Below, piece after piece: positions 51,337-60,253 of a stretch of DNA of 64,000 bases. The notes under the pieces are model-generated. The model saw only the letters and a program-made list of their open reading frames with translations. It did no database searches and was not told the origin of the DNA. How positions within the stretch are numbered: position 1 is the stretch's first letter; every line of letters begins with the position of its first letter. Source of the stretch: a virus. Taxonomy: Duplodnaviria; Caudoviricetes. The stretch spans positions 160,001 to 224,000 of IMG/VR virus record IMGVR_UViG_3300028591_000074; one strand, given 5' to 3'. The position numbers and the translations under genes were made by a program.

Positions 51337-52041
51337 CTATTGATTAAATGGATGATCTGGTTCATGAAAAGATACAATAGATACACAATCCCCTGTTGAC
51401 ATATCTAAATCTAATTTAATATATATTTCCATATCAGTATGCATTATACCATCACGAGTAGTCCAATCTGAAACTTTATGAAATACAAGTAGGTCATCAC
51501 CAAACCAATCATCATCAGCCCCATGCATAGATTCAATGTAGTTATCTTCATAAGTAAGAGATTTCAAAACTTCCAGACATTCAGAAATCTTCAATTTACC
51601 ACCAGAATCTAAAACATAATCACCATTCCTGTCCTTACGTCGGCATATAATTGTATTGCAAGTTTGCAACTGGCTAAGAAAAAATTTAACATCTGACTCA
51701 TCTGTCAAAAATGTATAATCAGAATACCATCGTTTCAAAATATCCAACTGATCTTTAAGTAAACGCTCTGGGCAAATACGATTTAACCTATGAAGTAATT
51801 CTCCATCTGTAATCATAGCAATATCAAGATCCGACAGCTTCATAAGATTTTCATCAGAAAGGCGCATAAGTGTTTTTTCATTATCCATCATATTAAAGGC
51901 TTCATTATCAATATCTTCAGTAGCAGATATACTTCTTGGAAACATATTTACATTTTTACATAATTCAATATAAATAATCTGTTTTAATACATCCCTCAAA
52001 TGAAGCTGTGATTGCATATTAGATTTTACATAGATCTTCAT
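51337..52041 (-). CDS. protein with C-terminal MqsR/RelE-like toxin domain and MKIYVKS tag
   Basis: C-terminal LLVFHK...EIYIKL...VSIVSFHE; GGAGGT RBS. Confidence 0.55.
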   Translation of the reverse strand: MKIYVKSNMQSQLHLRDVLKQIIYIELCKNVNMFPRSISATEDIDNEAFNMMDNEKTLMRLSDENLMKLSDLDIAMITDGELLHRLNRICPERLLKDQLDILKRWYSDYTFLTDESDVKFFLSQLQTCNTIICRRKDRNGDYVLDSGGKLKISECLEVLKSLTYEDNYIESMHGADDDWFGDDLLVFHKVSDWTTRDGIMHTDMEIYIKLDLDMSTGDCVSIVSFHEPDHPFNQ

Positions 52042-52043
52042 AG

Positions 52044-52247
52044 TCAATTTACCTCCATATTTCTATTCTTATAATAATCTATAGCAGTTATAATATATTT
52101 ATTGACAGACATTCCATCAGACTTTGCAATCTCTTTCAATTTAGCATGTTCCCCATTTGGTAACATTATTGTAACCCGATCATATTTCCGCTTATTGTAT
52201 TTATTCTGATAGGAAATCCTATCAAATGTATTCTTTACATCTGACAT
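52044..52247 (-). CDS. Arc/RHH-like DNA-binding protein
   Basis: YNKRKYDRVTIMLP.GE...K..A...GMSVNKYI. Confidence 0.7.
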   Translation of the reverse strand: MSDVKNTFDRISYQNKYNKRKYDRVTIMLPNGEHAKLKEIAKSDGMSVNKYIITAIDYYKNRNMEVN

Positions 52248-52262
52248 ATCTTTCTACTCCTT

Positions 52263-52306
52263 ATTATAATAGATATTTATAAATGTGTCAATAGATATTT
52301 ATAAAT
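52263..52306 (-). promoter_or_regulatory. sigmaA promoter overlapped by two 16-bp direct repeats (candidate operator)
   Basis: TTGACA-17-TATAAT; ATAGATATTTATAAAT at 52269 and 52291. Confidence 0.75.
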
Positions 52307-52315
52307 TCACTAATT

Positions 52316-52518
52316 CTGACTGCTCCCACGGGCAAGCCCGTGGTGTTCTGACTACCAAGTGTTGCTCGTAATCGTACATCATTTTCAGACTTTGGAGTTA
52401 CAAGTATAAATCTGTTTGAATCAGGACTTTCATTACCAAGCAGTCCAACGACCACATTAGCGGTAAATTTCTGTCTTGTAACAAGGACGTACAGTCAATC
52501 GCCCTGAATATTTAGTTG
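52316..52518 (-). ncRNA. putative TnpB reRNA/omegaRNA region
   Basis: 200-nt non-coding stretch between the tnpB stop and the right end. Confidence 0.5.
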
Positions 52519-54129
52519 TTAAGCTACTTTGATTCCACTGTTTAATACTTTAATCTTATTAGCCTTAATCCATGTGATTAGGGCTTTTTCTTTTGCGTAG
52601 CACCTATCAAAATCTATATTGCATTTCTCTTTGTTTATGTCGTTTGTTTTGTAATCATAGCAGTAAAGCAAAAATGATGAATACCAATCTCTTTGCACTA
52701 AAGTTCCATCTCGAAGTTTGTAAAGTCTATCGGATAATTTCTTTTTGATATAATCATCAGCCGTATGGTCGTACTGGCTTGCTCTATAATTGTTCGGTAC
52801 TTCTATATATGCACCTCCTGAAACCTTGAATTTCTTTTCTACCGTGGTCTGGAATCCGCTTGGGCATCGGTTCTTTATGGATTTACCAAAACGCTTTTTC
52901 TTGTTGAATTTGCCTTTACTATTTTTAGTAGTTTCTTTGGCTCGTTTCATCAGCTTACTTGCATTTTTAGGCTCAGTTACAAAAACATTTCCAAGACTCC
53001 GTAAGTGATTTGCATCCTCATTTATAGCAAGCTGTCTGTTTACAGCGTTGATACGACATAATTCTGTATGTTTGGCTTTTAGTCTCTTATAATGATTTGA
53101 ATATTTCCAGGTCTTACGACCTTTCTTAATAGTGCCATCATCATTATAGTTCTGTGGATTAGTGGCTCTTCTTGACCTGTCCATAGCCCTGTAATACAGT
53201 CTTTCCAAATGCTCCGATTTCTGTATGCTGTTGCCACGTTCCGAAAGATTCTTAAGACCAACTTCAGTATCAGATGTATAGGCAACTGTCTGTGTTCCAA
53301 TATCAGCGCCTATTATGCCTTTACCATATTTATGTCTTGGATTACCGAATTTATCATATTTTGGTTTTGCCTTACCTTCTATGGTCAGATGCAGATATAC
53401 TCTGTACTTGCCTCTGATAATCTTAGGTACGAGAGTAGCATAGCATGGTCTGTATGTGTCTATACAAATAGCTTCTTCTAAAAGAATATTTACCGCTTTT
53501 GCATCTATAATCTCAGGTTTGGTAAGATATGACAGGACTGCATTCGCTTCATCCTGTTGAAACCTGTCGTTTAACTGCAATCCAAAAACTGTTTTTCCAA
53601 GTTTGAACCGTATCTTGTTATCCTTGACAGATATTGGGATGCCACGGTTTATCTGCTTTGCCCTAATACATGGAAGTTCTCCGTATTGTGAGAAATGAAT
53701 GCTTTTTCCGTTGCCATACAGACATTTCTCAATACCCCGCCATACGTCTTCGGCTTTAGTAAGAGCAAATATCGCATCAATGCCATATTTCTTGCCTATC
53801 GGTATCATGGATATACGACAAAAATCCCATGTGACGTTATATTTAGCCTGCATCTCGTTAAGTTGTCTGGCTAAATCTTTACGTTTATCCTTATCCTCAG
53901 TACCGCCATAAAGTTCACGCAATTTGCGATATTTCTTTGTACGCATAAGCTGGTCATGATTCTTTTTCATAAGACCTACAAGTTCATTGCCTGCTTTGCG
54001 GATCTTATCAGAAAGAGCCACAACCTTTATGACATCGGAATAAGACATATCTGTTTCTACAACTAAGATATGCCTGTCAGACAGCTTATGAAATTTCTTT
54101 AAAACTTTACTGTACTCCTCATCAGCCAT
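52519..54129 (-). CDS. tnpB: long TnpB-like RNA-guided nuclease (536 aa)
   Basis: RuvC-I IGADIG, RuvC-II FVTEP, RuvC-III VQRD; no C-terminal Cys4 zinc finger. Confidence 0.8.
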   Translation of the reverse strand: MADEEYSKVLKKFHKLSDRHILVVETDMSYSDVIKVVALSDKIRKAGNELVGLMKKNHDQLMRTKKYRKLRELYGGTEDKDKRKDLARQLNEMQAKYNVTWDFCRISMIPIGKKYGIDAIFALTKAEDVWRGIEKCLYGNGKSIHFSQYGELPCIRAKQINRGIPISVKDNKIRFKLGKTVFGLQLNDRFQQDEANAVLSYLTKPEIIDAKAVNILLEEAICIDTYRPCYATLVPKIIRGKYRVYLHLTIEGKAKPKYDKFGNPRHKYGKGIIGADIGTQTVAYTSDTEVGLKNLSERGNSIQKSEHLERLYYRAMDRSRRATNPQNYNDDGTIKKGRKTWKYSNHYKRLKAKHTELCRINAVNRQLAINEDANHLRSLGNVFVTEPKNASKLMKRAKETTKNSKGKFNKKKRFGKSIKNRCPSGFQTTVEKKFKVSGGAYIEVPNNYRASQYDHTADDYIKKKLSDRLYKLRDGTLVQRDWYSSFLLYCYDYKTNDINKEKCNIDFDRCYAKEKALITWIKANKIKVLNSGIKVA

Positions 54130-54535
54130 GGTTTTTCTGTCCCTCTATGTATTTGATTACCGTTGCTTCGCTTATATGACCTACCGTTGATACAAAATAT
54201 CCTCTTGACCATAATACGCCGCATCTTGTATAAAACTGTTTGAGTTGCGGGAATGCCTTAAAAAGCTCAATAGCGCATATACTTTTAAGAGTTCTTACTA
54301 CATCGCACGGAGCGACTGTCTGCGGAACATCCACGAATATATGTATATGGTCAGGCATCACTTCAAGTGCCTTAATGCGATAGTTATAATCATCGCAAAT
54401 TCTTTGAAGTATCAGTTTAAGTGTATCCTCAACATCGCCTCTTAAAACTGAAAATCTAAATTTAGGACACCAGATGATATGATACTGTATCAGATATTTG
54501 CAATATGAAGCACTATGATATTGCTCCTCGCTCAT
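54122..54535 (-). CDS. tnpA: IS200/IS605 Y1 transposase
   Basis: YHIIWCPKFR, MPDHIH (HUH), LWSRGYFVSTVG, KYIEGQ. Confidence 0.95.
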   Translation of the reverse strand: MSEEQYHSASYCKYLIQYHIIWCPKFRFSVLRGDVEDTLKLILQRICDDYNYRIKALEVMPDHIHIFVDVPQTVAPCDVVRTLKSICAIELFKAFPQLKQFYTRCGVLWSRGYFVSTVGHISEATVIKYIEGQKNHG

Positions 54536-54710
54536 CGTCCTTAACTCCTAATTGATATTTTTCCTGAATACCCCTCCGCATTAGGTCAAGAAATGTTATT
54601 GTTTCGCCTTCCTCAACAGAATAGATACGTGCAAGGTTTTCAAGCTGTGTCTTCCACTCAGAAGGAATGGAAATGTTAATCTGTACGTTGTCACTCTTTG
54701 GTCTTGCCAT
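54513..54710 (-). CDS. CopG/RHH-like regulator (IS passenger)
   Basis: VQINISIP..WK..LE.LA...DLMRRGI. Confidence 0.6.
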   Translation of the reverse strand: MARPKSDNVQINISIPSEWKTQLENLARIYSVEEGETITFLDLMRRGIQEKYQLGVKDDERGAIS

Positions 54711-54714
54711 GAAT

Positions 54715-55167
54715 TTATCCTTTCTGCCACACCTTTAATAATTCACCTGCGGTAAAGTCAGGTTCTAACTCAAAATTTTTGAGCATTTCTTTTACCTGTT
54801 TTGCATCAAACTTATCGTCAGGACTCCAAGTGCCTTTTGCTATTTCAAAAGCCGTATCATCCATTGCCTTAACAAATGATTTATGTTCTTTCATCCATTG
54901 TTGAATATGCTTCTTTTTAGCAAGTTTTTCTTTGTCATTGCTTTTATCCCTTGTTTTGTAAGCATACGCAGAATAGGCTTTCTGTGCTGTTTTATATCCG
55001 TAGCCTTGTGCATCATCTAAAACTTCACCTGTATCAGTTGATACGATACAAAACCGTGTTTCAGAAGTATCATAGGCAGGTTCATTATTCCAAGGTTCAT
55101 CATTATCGACAACGGCATCATGATGAGTTGTGACTTTATATGGAACTGCTTTATATGTAGAACTCAT
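54715..55167 (-). CDS. hypothetical protein (IS passenger)
   Basis: TGEVLDDAQGYGYKTAQKAY motif; lies inside the element ends. Confidence 0.6.
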   Translation of the reverse strand: MSSTYKAVPYKVTTHHDAVVDNDEPWNNEPAYDTSETRFCIVSTDTGEVLDDAQGYGYKTAQKAYSAYAYKTRDKSNDKEKLAKKKHIQQWMKEHKSFVKAMDDTAFEIAKGTWSPDDKFDAKQVKEMLKNFELEPDFTAGELLKVWQKG

Positions 55168-55391
55168 GTATATCTTCCTTTCTAAAATATTTTATACATA
55201 GATTATATATTTGTTCTATGATAATGTCAAGTAAAAATTAAAACCATGTCGAAATATGGTTTATTGAGCAGTTGTCGCAAATACAGGCAGCTTTCATCCC
55301 ACACGCAAGCGTGTGGGTTTTACGCCGCAATTTATAACGATTTAACAAAACTAAAAACACCCATGATATGTTCACAGGTGTTTTCATCAGA

Positions 55392-55658
55392 TTAATCCTC
55401 TGCGGTTTCTATGTTATCATCATACCGTTTCATAATTTCTTGGAGAACTTTTGCGTGATTAAGTTCATCAGAAATAATTTCACGAACATGATCCACCGCA
55501 TCAGTGTCACCTTTAGATTCCAAGAATGGAATTAATTTCTGATATCCTTCAATGGCATCCCACTCACCTTCGATATTGATAGCAATTTGCGCAGCTACTG
55601 TCTGATCATCATTTACGTCAAAGACTAAACCATCAGATGCTTTTATATATCGTTTCAT
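55392..55658 (-). CDS. ferritin-like (ExxH) protein with MKRYIKAS tag
   Basis: EWDAIEGY...EIISDELNH helices. Confidence 0.65.
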   Translation of the reverse strand: MKRYIKASDGLVFDVNDDQTVAAQIAINIEGEWDAIEGYQKLIPFLESKGDTDAVDHVREIISDELNHAKVLQEIMKRYDDNIETAED

Positions 55659-55674
55659 ATCAATATGCCCCCAA

Positions 55675-55896
55675 CTAAATCTTGTAATTTGTATATTCTA
55701 CTTCCATGCTGGAATTATTTACTTCTCCGCAATATGGACAAATATCATAAGACATATCTTTAAAACCAGAAATCTGTGTTTCCATTTCCTGTTTATATAG
55801 CTTATGACAATTTGGACATGTTACCTTTTCAAAGTAATAAGATACACCTTGTTCCGATAATTCCTGTTCAATAAGTAATTCAGAAACTCTACCCAT
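55675..55896 (-). CDS. zinc-ribbon protein
   Basis: CPNC...CPYC. Confidence 0.6.
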   Translation of the reverse strand: MGRVSELLIEQELSEQGVSYYFEKVTCPNCHKLYKQEMETQISGFKDMSYDICPYCGEVNNSSMEVEYTNYKI

Positions 55897-56026
55897 ATAT
55901 ACTCCCCCAATCTAGAATGTAGTTTATTATAATATCATGTTAATAAATTATCTTTTACAGTAATCAAATCACTATAGAAATCATATAAATAACCATTATG
56001 TTTGAAAAAAAATAAGTATGTAGTAA

Positions 56027-56287
56027 TTATTCAAAACTTATTTCTTTCAAGATATGTTCTTCGTGTGTATCAAAATCATATGAAGTAACTATCAATTTGC
56101 TATATAATTCCTGAGACACAACATAACCATATTCTGAATCATCTGTAAGCATATCTATATATTCATTTACTTCAGACATATTTCGGAATTGCTGTATTGA
56201 GTCTATCTCGCCAGACTTATCATATAGTGTCACATCATATAGAATTGTCGGCAAATATCCAGAATTTGATTTCACATATCGTTTCAT
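56027..56287 (-). CDS. hypothetical protein with MKRYVKS tag
   Basis: GGAGGTG RBS, MKRYVKSNS. Confidence 0.6.
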   Translation of the reverse strand: MKRYVKSNSGYLPTILYDVTLYDKSGEIDSIQQFRNMSEVNEYIDMLTDDSEYGYVVSQELYSKLIVTSYDFDTHEEHILKEISFE

Positions 56288-56297
56288 AATACACCTC

Positions 56298-56603
56298 CTA
56301 TGTCAATAAATTATCTTTTACAGTAATTAGATCATCATGTACTTCTGTAAGTGTTTCTACAGATACATTTGGATTACTAAGTACCGAAATATCTTTATCT
56401 AATAATTCGTCTATCTGTGAAGATTTAAACCGGATTGAATCATTACTTAATTTTTGATCAGCATATTCTTTTCCGCTTTCAAGTAATGTGATTGCATAGA
56501 AAAGTCCCTTTACGAACCATGTTTCCGCTACACGGTTAGAATGTTCAAAATCTTCAAGTTTTGCCTTTAGTTGACAGATTGCTTCGTTGGTTTCATAATA
56601 CAT
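56298..56603 (-). CDS. hypothetical protein
   Basis: GGGGGA RBS before MYYETN. Confidence 0.5.
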   Translation of the reverse strand: MYYETNEAICQLKAKLEDFEHSNRVAETWFVKGLFYAITLLESGKEYADQKLSNDSIRFKSSQIDELLDKDISVLSNPNVSVETLTEVHDDLITVKDNLLT

Positions 56604-56671
56604 TTTTGTATTCCCCCCAATCAAAATATAATTTCCTACAATTTAATCTGCAAGTGCACTTTCAACAATAT

Positions 56672-57607
56672 TTATTCTCTATAACTTACACGCAGCGAAC
56701 AAACTGGACATCCATCACTTGCTTGGAAAATCTCGATAAAGTCGGGATCATCCCACTGAATTTCTACATCAGAAAACTTTGTATTTCTATTGAAGTATCC
56801 CACTGTATCCTTAAGATAGTTGAACAGTTCTTCTTCAGTTGTATCATCTGAAATCCAAATCTTCTCTTCTACAACTGTTTGGTCATTTACTTCCCAACCA
56901 TCTTCTTCGTTACCCCATACATCGAAGTAATCAATGAGATCAAAATATTTTCCGGGATCATTATGACCTACGCAGTTGATTATTGTTGAAGAATTGACAT
57001 ATTTATCATAACTAAAATCTTTCGGTTGTTTCTCTTTTGCCATATCTAAATAATGATCTGCTTTTTTAAGATCACCATTCGAAAAGAAGTCTATAATCTT
57101 CTCTGCCCAACGAATTGGTACAGGAAAATAATCACCGGATCTATCCGTATAAAGAACATACCCATCATCTAAATAACGCATAGTGCAAAAATTATCACTA
57201 TAGTACAATTCATCACGTTTGTAATCATTATGACCTACGCAGTTGATATTAACAGCTGATTCTACAGAAGAACCATTTTCAAATTCATCTGCTTTAAGAA
57301 CATATTCGTCAATAAGGTCTTGAACATTATTTGGACGAATTTGACTATCAATGGCACGTACATCATCAAGAACAAGATCGAAGTAATCTTTCCCATAACG
57401 ATCATAAACATCCTTAAACTCCGGAAGTAACTTATCTGCCGGAATACCTGCATTATAAAGTGTATCTGCGATGTCAACAAGTTTTTCATGTTCATCTGTA
57501 AGATATGATCTGCTAACATCAGCGTAATCACGAAGAATTACCAATTCACTTACAAGATCATAAGGAATTTTGCGTGAGTCACTAGAAGCCTTTACATACT
57601 TTCTCAT
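56672..57607 (-). CDS. multi-module protein with MRKYVKAS tag
   Basis: AGGAG RBS; INCVGHND linker occurs twice (23-bp DNA repeat). Confidence 0.65.
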   Translation of the reverse strand: MRKYVKASSDSRKIPYDLVSELVILRDYADVSRSYLTDEHEKLVDIADTLYNAGIPADKLLPEFKDVYDRYGKDYFDLVLDDVRAIDSQIRPNNVQDLIDEYVLKADEFENGSSVESAVNINCVGHNDYKRDELYYSDNFCTMRYLDDGYVLYTDRSGDYFPVPIRWAEKIIDFFSNGDLKKADHYLDMAKEKQPKDFSYDKYVNSSTIINCVGHNDPGKYFDLIDYFDVWGNEEDGWEVNDQTVVEEKIWISDDTTEEELFNYLKDTVGYFNRNTKFSDVEIQWDDPDFIEIFQASDGCPVCSLRVSYRE

Positions 57608-57634
57608 AATATTATCTCCTTCACAGTATTTTAA

Positions 57635-58594
57635 TCACGATTTGAAATATAAGAATGGAAACTCATACCACCATACATGGTCAATATTATCAATAAATCT
57701 GCTAATCATAGATTTATTATCTAAATGATCTACGATCCATTTAGAAACATCATTTACTCGGAGATACAGATCATCAAGATTATGACCATGACCGTGATGG
57801 TCAATATCTTCCGGCTTCATATACTTTTTTACATAATCAAAAACTTCATCTACATGGATAACTGTATCATCCGGTAAATCTGTAATTCTTGCAACATCTG
57901 TGGAAGATTTAACTGCATACTTTCCGTATTTACGGGCAATAGAATGTTCCATAGTTTCCCCATTTGCGAGTATATCATATTCTTCTTTTGTAAGATAAAC
58001 GCCCTTTCCGGAATTAGTTACGCCATAATAATAAGGGAGACCTTGTGAAATATTGTATTTCTTCTCAAAATCAATGGTTTCACCATCATACATAATAGGG
58101 TTTGTTCCATCAATATCGTCATCACGATACAACACGTACCCGGAACCGTCATCAATAATCTTTCCACCATATGAAAGATATCTTACACCATTGTCTAACA
58201 AATTCTGAAGATCAATAACAATAGTAGATGCCTTTACATATTTCTTCATATTACTATCTCTCCTTATATTACTCGAAGCCTTTATATTTTTCGGATTACT
58301 TAATATGTATTCCTGAATACTATTCAATGATGTATTAGTATCAAATTTCCATGTAGGATTGCCAGTATGAGAATTCCAACCATAAGAATCTGTTTCTGCA
58401 TCTTGAATAAATTTATTATATTTTCTTCTCGCAGAAGACTTGTTGGATGTAGTTAATTCATCTACCGGATTACCTACAGAACCATCTGAATTTAACATTC
58501 CAATCCAAATATTATATGTTCCATAGTCATTCACATCTACTTCTATATAATATTTACCGTATTCTGCACTTTGTATAAAAAACCAATTTTGCAT
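57635..58594 (-). CDS. multi-module protein with internal MKKYVKAS tag
   Basis: internal ATG 58249 with its own AGGAG; linkers IKAS, VKAS, VKSS. Confidence 0.65.
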   Translation of the reverse strand: MQNWFFIQSAEYGKYYIEVDVNDYGTYNIWIGMLNSDGSVGNPVDELTTSNKSSARRKYNKFIQDAETDSYGWNSHTGNPTWKFDTNTSLNSIQEYILSNPKNIKASSNIRRDSNMKKYVKASTIVIDLQNLLDNGVRYLSYGGKIIDDGSGYVLYRDDDIDGTNPIMYDGETIDFEKKYNISQGLPYYYGVTNSGKGVYLTKEEYDILANGETMEHSIARKYGKYAVKSSTDVARITDLPDDTVIHVDEVFDYVKKYMKPEDIDHHGHGHNLDDLYLRVNDVSKWIVDHLDNKSMISRFIDNIDHVWWYEFPFLYFKS

Positions 58595-58598
58595 AGGA

Positions 58599-58943
58599 TT
58601 ACCTCATACCATTAGTATTGTAATATTTATCACCGTGATCATCTAACCAATCAAAAATTTCTGAAAAGAAGTTCCTCGTTTTAGTGCTAGATTCAGCTTC
58701 CGTCCAATATTCTGCTGAATGAGCATCCATCCATTCATTTGTCCACGGTTCTTCGTCATCAAAATCCCTCGCATATGTCGGATCATCATCTACAATTACA
58801 AGATCATGATATGGATATATACTAGCCATAAAAAATTTTCCATTTTTCAATGCCCCAATGAATGTATCACCATTATTCTCAATCCATTTAATATCATCTT
58901 TAGTATAAGTAGTCTGGTTTGAACATCTTATATATCTTTTCAT
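58599..58943 (-). CDS. hypothetical protein with MKRYIRCS tag
   Basis: AGGAG/AGGT RBS. Confidence 0.6.
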   Translation of the reverse strand: MKRYIRCSNQTTYTKDDIKWIENNGDTFIGALKNGKFFMASIYPYHDLVIVDDDPTYARDFDDEEPWTNEWMDAHSAEYWTEAESSTKTRNFFSEIFDWLDDHGDKYYNTNGMR

Positions 58944-58975
58944 AATTACCTGTCTCCTTTGTATTATATAAAAAT

Positions 58976-59167
58976 TTATTCTGATTTAAGCACCTTAAAA
59001 TCCCAATAGGAATCTATAGGCTGTCTTGTGCATCTAAGTTCTTTTTCAACATAATCCGGTGGAAGAATTAAATCATCAAATACTCTTTCGGCATAACTTC
59101 TATTGTCAGTTACAAAGCATACCCATTCAAAATCATCTTGGGCGATAAATACGATAAAATAATTCAT
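58976..59167 (-). CDS. hypothetical protein
   Basis: 63-aa ORF in the operon. Confidence 0.45.
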   Translation of the reverse strand: MNYFIVFIAQDDFEWVCFVTDNRSYAERVFDDLILPPDYVEKELRCTRQPIDSYWDFKVLKSE

Positions 59168-59176
59168 AGTATATAC

Positions 59177-59401
59177 CTACTTTCTAAAATCATCTGGAGT
59201 AAATACAACGAAATTCCAGAAAAATTCAATGTAACCATCATCTAAAAGTTCGTCCATCTCCTCAAATGTTGCAAAAACAACTACTCTGCGTTTATCTTTG
59301 AGCATAACATCCCAAAATGTTCTGCCATCATCAAAATAAGGATATTCACTGTTACTTAAAGCAGCTTTGACTGGTTTTAATAGTTTCTTCACTTTAGACA
59401 C
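59177..59401 (-). CDS. hypothetical protein
   Basis: 74-aa ORF downstream of promoter motifs at 59411-59448. Confidence 0.5.
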   Translation of the reverse strand: MSKVKKLLKPVKAALSNSEYPYFDDGRTFWDVMLKDKRRVVVFATFEEMDELLDDGYIEFFWNFVVFTPDDFRK

Positions 59402-59456
59402 CTCTATATACTATAACGATTCACAAGCCTATATTACTATTAAAGGTTAAACTAAA

Positions 59457-59492
59457 AATAGAACTCAGCAGTTTAATTGTTGAGTTCTATTT
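59457..59492 (-). terminator. terminator closing the minigene array
   Basis: AAATAGAACTCAGCA...TGTTGAGTTCTATTT hairpin, T-run on the minus strand. Confidence 0.7.
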
Positions 59493-59649
59493 CTAATACA
59501 AAAGAATCTTTCTGTACAGTTGTAAGTGCATTTGCTACTCCATCAAAACTTGGTTCTAACCGTTGTTCGAGATAGATTCCAGGAGTACGGTCTGATGGAT
59601 TTTCTGGGTTTCTGCCACGCATAGCACATGAAAAATATAATTTAGTCAT
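59473..59649 (-). CDS. C5-MTase variable-region-like module 8 (58 aa)
   Basis: AMRGRNPENPSDRT...EQRLEP..DGVANALTTVQKDSFVLE. Confidence 0.7.
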   Translation of the reverse strand: MTKLYFSCAMRGRNPENPSDRTPGIYLEQRLEPSFDGVANALTTVQKDSFVLEIELNN

Positions 59650-59650
59650 C

Positions 59651-59776
59651 TCAATCACCAAAATAGATCACAAGAAAATCCATTCTACCAGAACGAAAAG
59701 CTGGTGCATAGTCATTATAGAATCTTGCGTTTCTGACCGTTGCATATGTATCATCAACTATCCACATCTGAATCAT
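59651..59776 (-). CDS. C5-MTase variable-region-like module 7 (41 aa, not in track)
   Basis: MIQMWIVDDTYATVRNARFYNDYAPAFRSGRMDFLVIYFGD; ATGA overlap with module 6. Confidence 0.6.
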   Translation of the reverse strand: MIQMWIVDDTYATVRNARFYNDYAPAFRSGRMDFLVIYFGD

Positions 59777-59967
59777 CTATCACAACCCCAACTATCATCT
59801 ACTTGTATCACAACCATTGGAACTCTGCCACCGCCTTGAGAAGTTGTCAATGATGGACAAAAATAAGCTGGATCCCAAACATTTCCGGCATACCCGGTTC
59901 CAAACTCTTCATTATATATATTAGCAAGTTTCCTTACATTGAATTCCAATACCTTTCCACCATTCAT
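59773..59967 (-). CDS. C5-MTase variable-region-like module 6
   Basis: LANIY...GYAGNVWDPAYFCPSLTTSQGGGRVPMVV; start at 59967 (ATG) or 59949 (TTG). Confidence 0.7.
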   Translation of the reverse strand: MNGGKVLEFNVRKLANIYNEEFGTGYAGNVWDPAYFCPSLTTSQGGGRVPMVVIQVDDSWGCDR

Positions 59968-60121
59968 ACACTGCAACATTTGCAAATCCATACCCATGTC
60001 CTGCACCACCATAAACAATAGCCGGAAATATTCCATCAGTATTGACAACAATACCTCCTTCGGAATTACCTGTGCTATAATTACATATTGTTATTATTCT
60101 GTTCGTATCTTGATTTATCAC
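59921..60121 (-). CDS. C5-MTase variable-region-like module 5
   Basis: IITICNY...EGGIVVNTDGIFPAIVYGGAGHGYG. Confidence 0.6.
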   Translation of the reverse strand: MINQDTNRIITICNYSTGNSEGGIVVNTDGIFPAIVYGGAGHGYGFANVAVYEWWKGIGIQCKETC

Positions 60122-60253
60122 AAATAAGTACCGCCGTTACAGTTCCATGATTTTCTTTGACACATGGCGCAACCCCCCCCCACCCACAGAAACAATTCTT
60201 GAAGCATCATGGTTGCTGAACATATAATTTCCTAAAATGATAATTTCATTCAT
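60081..60253 (-). pseudogene. module 4, frameshifted at a G9 tract (60173-60181)
   Basis: MNEIIILGNYMFSNHDASRIVSVG[G9]VAPCVKENHGTVTAVLI is in frame with G7 or G10. Confidence 0.7.

Larger units (their letters stand above)
52316..55333 (-). mobile_element. IS605-type element (TnpA+TnpB) with two passenger genes
   Basis: left end TTAT|AAATTGCGGCG plus CCCACACGC hairpin; right-end CCACGGGC hairpin ending TCAG. Confidence 0.75.

Noticed and set aside
59773-60051. ORF track's 92-aa call
   Set aside because: Its N-terminal third overlaps module 5 out of frame; the conserved module begins at about 59967-59949.
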